This document shows positions 19,284 to 26,296 of a stretch of DNA of 64,000 bases, in pieces. The stretch's first letter is position 1. Every line of letters starts with the position of its first letter. Both the position numbers and the translations under genes were made by a program. The stretch covers positions 2,421,814 to 2,485,813 of the forward strand of contig OZ244837.1 of NCBI GenBank assembly GCA_965220675.1. The letters are read 5' to 3'. The notes below the pieces were generated by a model, which did not search any database, was not told the origin of the DNA, and worked only from the letters and a program-made list of their open reading frames with translations. The DNA is from Longimicrobiales bacterium. Its GTDB lineage: Bacteria; Gemmatimonadota; Gemmatimonadetes; Longimicrobiales; Gaopeijiaceae.

Positions 19284-19287
19284 GTTT

Positions 19288-19413
19288 GCCCGATCGGGAC
19301 AAAACGTCGTCCCGATAGTTCGCCATTGGCTCATTTTCCCGCTCGGGAGTGTATTTTGGGGGAATGAAGGGTCGCGACCCCAGTTCGGCCCGGAGCATTT
19401 TTCCCGATCGGGA
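19288..19413 (+). promoter_or_regulatory. Three 12-bp palindromes (G/T)CCCG(A/C)TCGGGA upstream of the XRE-family gene (candidate operators)
   Basis: The copies are gcccgatcggga at 19288-19299, tcccgctcggga at 19337-19348 and tcccgatcggga at 19402-19413. A half-site-like gtcccgatag lies at 19309-19318. The last copy abuts the GGAAGGAG ribosome-binding site. Confidence 0.5.
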
Positions 19414-19420
19414 AGGAGCT

Positions 19421-19729
19421 ATGCACATCACGCCTGCGGAAATCGGACACATCGTGCGGGCTGCCAGGCGGGCGCAGGGCCTCCGACAGGATCAGTTGGC
19501 GGGGGCAGCGGGCGTCGGCGTCCGCTTTCTCTCCGAACTCGAGAGGGGCAAGCCGACGGTCCGCCTGGAGAAGGTGCTTGCGGTGCTCGACGCGTTGGGA
19601 TGCCGGTTGCGCGTTGAGATGCCGCCGGGTGCCCGCGAACCGGGTGAGGGGGAAGCCGTGCCGGCGGCTGCCGAGCGAGAGGGCGTGCCTGCGGACGGCG
19701 ATCCATTGCCGGGATGGTCCTCTGAATGA
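19421..19729 (+). CDS. XRE-family HTH regulator, HipB / y4mF-like antitoxin type
   Basis: IVRAARRAQGLRQDQLAGAAGVGVRFLSELERGKPTVRLEKVLAVLDALGCRL matches the y4mF/HipB-type HTH. GGAAGGAG lies upstream of the ATG at 19421. No hipA follows. Confidence 0.7.
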   Translation: MHITPAEIGHIVRAARRAQGLRQDQLAGAAGVGVRFLSELERGKPTVRLEKVLAVLDALGCRLRVEMPPGAREPGEGEAVPAAAEREGVPADGDPLPGWSSE

Positions 19730-19776
19730 CCCGGTCGCTGAACGTCTGGTGGGCCGGGACGCTGGCCAGCTGACCC

Positions 19777-20379
19777 GTGACCACCTTCACCGTCTACCTC
19801 CGCCTCGGCTTCGAGCACCTCCTCGACCTGCAGGGGTACGACCACATCCTGTTCCTCGCGGCGCTCTGCGCGGCCTATTCGCTGACGCAGTGGCGCGAAC
19901 TGCTCGTTCTCGTCACGGCCTTCACAATCGGGCATTCGGTCTCACTCGCGCTTGCCACGCTGCGCCTCGTGCGTGTCGACACCGGGCTGATCGAGTTCCT
20001 CATCCCAGTCACGATCGTCGCGACGGCGTTGGTCAACGTCGCAAGGCTGCGGCGCCGGGAGCGCCGCGACCAGAAGGCCGCGCGCTCGGCACGCCACATC
20101 CGCTACGCGCTCGCCCTGGCCTTCGGCGTCATCCACGGCCTCGGCTTCTCCAGCTTCCTGCGCCTGGTGCTGGGCGAGGAGCGCAACCTGCTTCTTCCGC
20201 TGCTGTCCTTCAACATCGGGCTCGAGCTTGCGCAGATCGTGGTGGCGGGCGCCGTGCTGGTGTTGGCGCTGGTTGCGACGCGCGGCCTGTCCCTTTCGCC
20301 CAAGGCCTGGAACGCCGTCGTTTCGACCCTGGCCGGGGCCCTGGCGGCCTGGATGGCGGTGCAGCGATTGCCCTGGTGA
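19777..20379 (+). CDS. HupE/UreJ-family membrane protein (putative Ni/Co transport)
   Basis: The N-terminus YLRLGFEHLLDLQGYDHILFLAAL and the ~6 TM helices are typical of the HupE_UreJ_2 family. It has a GTG start. Confidence 0.7.
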   Translation: MTTFTVYLRLGFEHLLDLQGYDHILFLAALCAAYSLTQWRELLVLVTAFTIGHSVSLALATLRLVRVDTGLIEFLIPVTIVATALVNVARLRRRERRDQKAARSARHIRYALALAFGVIHGLGFSSFLRLVLGEERNLLLPLLSFNIGLELAQIVVAGAVLVLALVATRGLSLSPKAWNAVVSTLAGALAAWMAVQRLPW

Positions 20380-20574
20380 GGGGGGGACGGCTACTCGGCC
20401 TACGTGCCTGATCTGCCGGGATGCGTCGCTGCCGCAGACTCTTATGAAGACACCGAGAAACTGATCCAGGAGGCGGTGGTCTTCCATTTGGAGTCCCTTC
20501 GCGAGCACGGCGACCCTGTCCCCGAACCACGGACGGGTGTCGGATCGGTGGAAGTGCGGACGGCCGCACCATAG
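20380..20574 (+). pseudogene. 5'-truncated HicB-family antitoxin remnant
   Basis: It translates as GGDGYSAYVPDLPGCVAAADSYEDTEKLIQEAVVFHLESLREHGDPVPEPRTG..*, a good match to the HicB/UPF0150 core. There is no ATG. The frame continues directly, in frame, from the hupE TGA at 20377-20379 through a G7 run. It is missing from the ORF track. Confidence 0.55.
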
Positions 20575-20725
20575 CAACGGGGCCAGAAGAGGCGAGCACC
20601 GGACCCCCTCTCCGATTGCCCAACCCAAAACCCCGTTAGTACCTTGAATCCCTGCGGCCCCGTCGCCGCCGGGAACCGCCCCGCCAGGGGTCGTCCAGCC
20701 AACCGAGCCACCCAGGGAGTCGTCA

Positions 20726-22066
20726 ATGTCTGTTCGGTTCAAGCACCTCTTCTCCGCCGCCGCCGTCCTCCTCCTTGCCGCGGTCGCCGCCCCCGCCCAC
20801 GCCCAGTGGACGGCCTCCAAGCCCGGCAGCGACAACATGGACATCCTGGGGCACATCCCCCTGGGCCCGCGCCTCTCCGTGGCCGACATGGACATCGAGC
20901 AGGAGCTGGACCGGCCCTACGCGTACGTCGCGCGAATGGTCTACGGCGACATCGGGCCCAAGGGCCTCGATATCGTCTCGATCGCCGACCCCGAGCACCC
21001 CGAGGTCATCTACGAGTGGCGGATCGAGAACCAGGATCTCCACATGCGCACCGGCGGCATGGACGTGAAGCACTTCAAGATCGGCGACCGCTACTACGTG
21101 GTGCAGTCGCTGCAGTTCGGACAGGGCGGACCCAACACCGACATGGGCGCGGTGGTGCTCGACGTGACCGGCCTGCCCGATCCCTCCACCGTCCGCGAGG
21201 TGGCCCGGATCCGCGAGCCCGACCTGCCGGGCGGGTTCCACAACATCTTCGTCTACAAGCACTCCGACGCGCGGGTCCTGCTCTTCTCGACCGTGAGCGG
21301 GCCCTTCGCCCACGTCTACGACCTCGGGCGGGTGGTCGAGGGCGACCTCGACAACGCCCTCGTCGGCCGGGTGCCCGTGCCCGAGACCGAGTTCAACCGC
21401 GGCGGCCGCGGATACCACGACTTCTACGTCGGATACCACCCCGACTCGGGCGAGGATCGCTTCTACGGCGGCGGCTCCGGCGGCTACTACATCTACGACG
21501 TCACCGACATCGAGAACCCCGAACTGCGGATCACGCTGGTGGGCGTCAGCGGCGTGCGCGGCGGCCACACGTTCACGCCGAGCCCCGACGGCCGCTACGT
21601 GGTCGCCGAGACCGAGTACCAGTACGCCCCGATCCGGATCTTCGACCTGCAGCCCGCGCTCGACGGCGAGGTCACCAACATCCGCAGCCCGATCTCCGCG
21701 TGGACCGCCGACTGGCAGAATCTCGTCCACAACCACGAGGTCCGCTGGCCCTACGTGTTCGCTTCGGGCTACCTCGACGGCCTGCAGATCTTCTCGCTCA
21801 TGGACCCGGAAAACCCGGTCACGGTCGGCTTCTACGACACCTACGTCGGCCCGCCCAACCGGGACCGCACGCCTGTCTTCAACGGCGCCTTCGGGGTCGA
21901 CGTCCGCAACGCCGACGGCCTGATCGTCGTCAGCGACATGTCCACCGGCCTCTGGACCTTCCGCATGGACGGATTCAGCGGCTGGAACGGCGAGGACTGG
22001 GGCGTGCCCAACATCTCGTCGGTCCAGGACTGGGACCGCGGGCCGATCCGGCGGCCGGTGAGCTGA
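20726..22066 (+). CDS. Secreted beta-propeller protein, LVIVD-repeat-like
   Basis: It has a signal peptide (AAVAAPAHAQ) and repeated beta-propeller-like segments, including GLIVVSDMSTGLWTF, which resembles an LVIVD repeat. Confidence 0.5.
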   Translation: MSVRFKHLFSAAAVLLLAAVAAPAHAQWTASKPGSDNMDILGHIPLGPRLSVADMDIEQELDRPYAYVARMVYGDIGPKGLDIVSIADPEHPEVIYEWRIENQDLHMRTGGMDVKHFKIGDRYYVVQSLQFGQGGPNTDMGAVVLDVTGLPDPSTVREVARIREPDLPGGFHNIFVYKHSDARVLLFSTVSGPFAHVYDLGRVVEGDLDNALVGRVPVPETEFNRGGRGYHDFYVGYHPDSGEDRFYGGGSGGYYIYDVTDIENPELRITLVGVSGVRGGHTFTPSPDGRYVVAETEYQYAPIRIFDLQPALDGEVTNIRSPISAWTADWQNLVHNHEVRWPYVFASGYLDGLQIFSLMDPENPVTVGFYDTYVGPPNRDRTPVFNGAFGVDVRNADGLIVVSDMSTGLWTFRMDGFSGWNGEDWGVPNISSVQDWDRGPIRRPVS

Positions 22067-22085
22067 GCGGCGAAGGGAGAGCAGG

Positions 22086-22727
22086 ATGAGGATGACTGGA
22101 TCCGGCCGACCGGGCGGTTTCCTGACGCTGACGGCACTGCTTGTCGTCGCGGCGCCGGTCCGGAACGCCGCGGGGGAAGCGGGCCTGGCCGGCTCGCCGG
22201 CCGAGGTGGCAGGGGACGTGGCGGTTTGCGAGGCGCTCGCCGACACCGGGCCCGCGCCGCACGCCGCCGGTGCTCGGCCCGGCCCCGAGTACTACCAGTT
22301 CCCGATGGTCTCCACGAAGCGGGTCCCGGGCACCGGCAACGCCGCCGGCGTCGGTGAAATCGCGTTCGCGCAGTCCCCGTACGGCATCGCGCTGGGAACG
22401 GACGGCAGCTACGAGTACGACTTCACGGTCCGCTTCGAGCGCCTGGGTCCCGCCCGGGGCGGCGCCTACGTGGTGTGGACCACCACTCCCGAACTGGACC
22501 AGGTCGCCCTCGCCGGCGAACTGACCGACCCGGCCGGCTTCAGCGGCAAGGTCGCCTGGAACAAGTTCCTCGTGGTGGTCACCCTGGAGCCCGCCTTCGA
22601 CCCCGACGCGGCCATGTGGACGGGCCCGATCGTGATCCGCGGCATGTCGCGCAGCGGCATGATGCACACCATGGCTGGCCACGGCCCCTTCGAAGAGAAG
22701 AACTGCGCCGCCTACGGGTATGAGTAG
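22086..22727 (+). CDS. Secreted hypothetical protein with an RskA-C-terminal-like domain and a Met/His-rich tail
   Basis: It has a signal-like N-terminus. YVVWTTTPELDQVALAGEL...KFLVVVTLEPAFDP..TGPIVIRG resembles the extracytoplasmic domain of anti-sigma-K RskA. The C-terminus is MSRSGMMHTMAGHG. Confidence 0.4.
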   Translation: MRMTGSGRPGGFLTLTALLVVAAPVRNAAGEAGLAGSPAEVAGDVAVCEALADTGPAPHAAGARPGPEYYQFPMVSTKRVPGTGNAAGVGEIAFAQSPYGIALGTDGSYEYDFTVRFERLGPARGGAYVVWTTTPELDQVALAGELTDPAGFSGKVAWNKFLVVVTLEPAFDPDAAMWTGPIVIRGMSRSGMMHTMAGHGPFEEKNCAAYGYE

Positions 22728-24291
22728 GGCCATCGCCCGAGTTGTGCTGCTGGCGGGGGTCTTTGCGGGGCCGGACCCCGCCACCGCCCAGAACGGGACG
22801 GCGCTGGTCTCTGCCGAAACCCTCTGCCGGGCTGCGCCCTCGCCTTCGGCGGATGCCGTGGGGATACTCGATACTGGAGACGTGGTCCTTTTCTTCCAGG
22901 GCGTGTACGCTGCGACGGGCCAGTGGACGCGCGTCACGCCCAGCCGGCCTGGCCACGGTGTTTCCGGTGGCTGCTGGGTACCGTCATCGGAAGTGGCACC
23001 GGCCAGAGGGACTGGGCGCTTTCTGCAACTGGCCGACCGGTTGTTGTCCGCGACAGTCGGGCCCACCCTCGATGAATTGCTGGCCGTTCACAACCTGTTC
23101 GCGCATCCCTGGCACCGGGAGGAGGTGGAAGCGTCCGCCGTCCTGAGTGAACGGCGCCGGGGACTCTTGGCCAGGGCGGTCAAGGTTGCGCAGAGGCAGC
23201 AGTTGGACGGCCGCCGCCCGGTCGATGAGCCATTGGTCCTCGCGTGGATCGAGTCGCTCGGGGAACAGGTCACGTACTCGGAAGGCGGCAGCGGTGACGG
23301 GAGCTGGACGATGGCCGTGACGGCTTACGAACCGGAATCGGAGCCGCCGAGGTCTCAGCCGGTCGAGCGGGCAACGCGGCCCGAGCGCGGCGAAATGGCG
23401 GTCATCGCGCCTGACGTTGCCTGTCGTTCGCGCCCGTCGCGGACGGCATACTCCTACTCGCACGTACTTCCGTTGGACTTCCACTTCCTTACCGACCGCG
23501 CGGATACGAGTGTGGCCGGGGGAGCCTGGGTCCATGTCGGGCGTTGGGGGTGCTGGGTGCTGGGCGAGCACACGGCCCCGGGCGACTCTGAAGAGCATGT
23601 AATGGCGATGACACGTCGGCTCCTGACCTCGGGAGAGGGCTGGTCCTCCGAAAACCGCCTGCGGCTGTACAACGCACTGTCCAGTTGGAACCGCGGTCAC
23701 CGCGAGGAGGTCGAAGCCTCTCCGGTGCTCGGACTTGCGCGCCTGCGGGTGTTGGAGGTGGCGCTGGATGAGCTTCGGGCTCGCGCTTCCGGTGTTCGGA
23801 CAGACGCTTGGATTGCGGCGCTTGGCGACGAGGTAACGCTTACGGACGAAGGACATTCCTGGACCGTTAGCGACGAGGCGTATCTGAGCCTGTACGAGCA
23901 GCACCGCGCAGATCCGTTCGCGGAAGAGATTCTCTGGACGTTTGCGAGCGAATCCGCCGGCTACGACTGCGAAGGTGGGTTCGCCTGCAGTGTGAGGGGG
24001 GCCGTCGTCGAGAGGCTGGCCAGGTACTGGACGGACTTCCCGAACGGTCGGCACATCGCCGAGGCGGTGGCGCATGGCCGGACCGTATTGGACCATGGGC
24101 TCGAGTCATGCAATGCCGCGCGCGGTGCCGACCCGGACTCGCCGGAGGCAGGAATGTGGGAGTGGTCGGGGTGGGACAGGTCGGGTGCGGAGATAACGCG
24201 GGAGCTTCTGGCGACGCTGTCAGAGGTGAACGACGAGGACAAGGCACCACTCCTCGGGATATTGGCGGAGTTGGAGGCTTGCGCGGCGTGA
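22720..24291 (+). CDS. Secreted hypothetical protein with an internal duplication
   Basis: It has a signal peptide. Two copies of an SH3-like segment plus a helical segment share HREEVEAS.VL and AWI..LG.(Q/E)VT. It overlaps the upstream gene by 8 nt and the downstream MCO gene by 1 nt. Confidence 0.6.
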   Translation: MSRAIARVVLLAGVFAGPDPATAQNGTALVSAETLCRAAPSPSADAVGILDTGDVVLFFQGVYAATGQWTRVTPSRPGHGVSGGCWVPSSEVAPARGTGRFLQLADRLLSATVGPTLDELLAVHNLFAHPWHREEVEASAVLSERRRGLLARAVKVAQRQQLDGRRPVDEPLVLAWIESLGEQVTYSEGGSGDGSWTMAVTAYEPESEPPRSQPVERATRPERGEMAVIAPDVACRSRPSRTAYSYSHVLPLDFHFLTDRADTSVAGGAWVHVGRWGCWVLGEHTAPGDSEEHVMAMTRRLLTSGEGWSSENRLRLYNALSSWNRGHREEVEASPVLGLARLRVLEVALDELRARASGVRTDAWIAALGDEVTLTDEGHSWTVSDEAYLSLYEQHRADPFAEEILWTFASESAGYDCEGGFACSVRGAVVERLARYWTDFPNGRHIAEAVAHGRTVLDHGLESCNAARGADPDSPEAGMWEWSGWDRSGAEITRELLATLSEVNDEDKAPLLGILAELEACAA

Positions 24292-25997
24292 TGAAGGCTG
24301 CATTGATGGCTCGGATCCCCTCGATAGGCGGAGGGCTCTTGCTGGCTGCGGGTATGTTCCTCGTCGACGCCAACCCCGCCGCCCCCCAGGAGATGGACCA
24401 CGCGGGCCACATGATGATGGGCGGCGGCTGGCGCATGCCGCCCATGGACCCGAACATGCCCATGATCCCGGGGCTGGAGATGGCGCTGCCGCCGGTCGAG
24501 CCCTTCCTTGCGGCGGCGGGGATCGATGTCATGACCCTGCCCGAGGCGCGCCCCAGCGAGGTCGTCCACCTGGAGCCCGGCGACACCTTCAACGTCGACG
24601 TTACCATCGTCCGCCGCACGCTGCACGGGCACACGGCGGCCATGTACGGCTACAACGGCCAGTATCCGGGCCCGCTGATCCGGGCGCCGCAGGGGTCGAC
24701 CGTCGTGGTGCGCGTCACCAACCGGATCGAGAGCCCCACCACCGTGCACTGGCACGGTCTCCGCCTCGAGAACCGCTTCGACGGCGTCGAGACGCTGACC
24801 CAGGACCCTATTCAAGTCGGCGAGTCCTTCACCTACGAGCTGCACGTCCCCGACGCGGGGATGTTCTGGTACCACCCCCACATGCGCGAGGACGTCCAGC
24901 AGGACCTCGGCCTCTACGGCAACCTCCTCGTCGACTCGCCCGACCCGGACTACCATGGCCCCGCCCACCGCGAGGAGATGCTCGTCCTGGACGACATCCT
25001 GATGGACGACCAGGGCTTCATCCCGTGGGGCAGGGAAGCGCCGACCCACGCGCTCATGGGCCGCTTCGGCAACGTGATGCTGGTGAACGGGGTGACCGGG
25101 CACGGGCTCGAGGTGCGTCCGGGCGAGGTGGTGCGCTTCTTCATGACCAACGTCGCCAACACCCGCACCTTCAACGTCACCTTCGGGTCGGCGCGGGTGA
25201 AGCTGGTCGCGTCGGACGTGGGCCGCTTCGAGCGCGAGGACTGGGTGTCGAGCGTCGTGATCGCGCCTGCCGAACGGTACGTGGTGGACGTGGTCTTCCC
25301 GGAGGAAGGCGAGGTGGCGATCGCGAACACGATTCAGGCCATCAACCACTTCCGGGGCGAGTTCTACCCGCACGTGGACACGCTGGCGCTGGTCACGGTG
25401 GCCGGACCGGCCGTCGCCGACGAGGTGACGGAGGCGTTCGAGACGCTGCGCGGCGTCGCCGAGGTGGCGGCCGAGGTGGAGCCCATGCGCGCGCATGCGG
25501 GCCGTGCCCCCGACTACACCCTCGAGGCCACCGTACGGGTCCGGGGACTTCCGCTCCCGATCATCCGCTCGATGGAGATGGACACGCTGTACATCCCTCC
25601 CATGGAGTGGAACGACGCGATGCCGATGATGAACTGGCTCTCCTCAGGGACCCAGGTCACATGGGTCCTCAGGGATCTGGCCACCGGCCGCGAGAACGGC
25701 GACATCCACTGGACCTTCCAGCGGGGCGACCTGGTCAAGATCCGCGTGTTCAACTCGCCCGAGTCGTTTCACCCGATGAACCACCCCATTCACGTGCACG
25801 GCCAGCGGTTCGTCGTGCTCGCGCGCGACGACGTCCCCAACGACAACATGGTGTGGAAGGACACGGCCATCCTGCCGGTCGGGTCGACCATGGACATCCT
25901 GGTCGAAATGTCGAACCCGGGGGACTGGATGCTGCACTGTCACATCGCGGAGCACCTCAGCGCGGGGATGATGTTTCACTTCACGGTGGAGGGGTGA
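24291..25997 (+). CDS. Multicopper oxidase with a Met-rich N-terminal region
   Basis: The copper ligand motifs are HWHGL, WYHPHM, HPIHVHG and HCHIAEHLSAGMM. The Met-rich stretch is MDHAGHMMMGGGWRMPPMDPNMPMIPG. The ATG at 24291 shares a base with the upstream TGA. Confidence 0.9.
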   Translation: MKAALMARIPSIGGGLLLAAGMFLVDANPAAPQEMDHAGHMMMGGGWRMPPMDPNMPMIPGLEMALPPVEPFLAAAGIDVMTLPEARPSEVVHLEPGDTFNVDVTIVRRTLHGHTAAMYGYNGQYPGPLIRAPQGSTVVVRVTNRIESPTTVHWHGLRLENRFDGVETLTQDPIQVGESFTYELHVPDAGMFWYHPHMREDVQQDLGLYGNLLVDSPDPDYHGPAHREEMLVLDDILMDDQGFIPWGREAPTHALMGRFGNVMLVNGVTGHGLEVRPGEVVRFFMTNVANTRTFNVTFGSARVKLVASDVGRFEREDWVSSVVIAPAERYVVDVVFPEEGEVAIANTIQAINHFRGEFYPHVDTLALVTVAGPAVADEVTEAFETLRGVAEVAAEVEPMRAHAGRAPDYTLEATVRVRGLPLPIIRSMEMDTLYIPPMEWNDAMPMMNWLSSGTQVTWVLRDLATGRENGDIHWTFQRGDLVKIRVFNSPESFHPMNHPIHVHGQRFVVLARDDVPNDNMVWKDTAILPVGSTMDILVEMSNPGDWMLHCHIAEHLSAGMMFHFTVEG

Positions 25998-26050
25998 GCG
26001 CGCGGGGGTGACCGGGCATGGCACGGACTCCGGCTGACCGGCGTCCTCGA

Positions 26051-26068
26051 TGTAAACTTAACGTTACA
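26051..26068 (+). promoter_or_regulatory. AT-rich inverted repeat TGTAA-N8-TTACA upstream of glnN (candidate operator/promoter element)
   Basis: tgtaaacttaacgttaca lies within a locally AT-rich patch (26051-26080) of the 299-bp intergenic region, about 230 nt upstream of the glnN ATG. Confidence 0.3.
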
Positions 26069-26296
26069 TGATGTAATGTGGGGTTTACTTTTCTTGAGAC
26101 GATTGCGGTCCGCCGAAGCGCCAATCCGGCAGGCACGCCAACCCCCTCCAAAACCGGCATTCACTGCGACATTTTCGGGCTTTGCGCCTTCTCCGGAATC
26201 CCGGTAGCTTTCGCAGTCACCCAGTTCAATCGGGCCCGCCGGAACTGCCAGACCGGCACCCGAACGCACCCTCTACACGACGAGGAACGACACCCG

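Noticed and set aside
26051-26068. Calling the glnN upstream inverted repeat an NtcA site
   Set aside because: NtcA sites are GTA-N8-TAC. Here the GTA...TAC spacing is 10 nt. I kept it only as a generic candidate operator.
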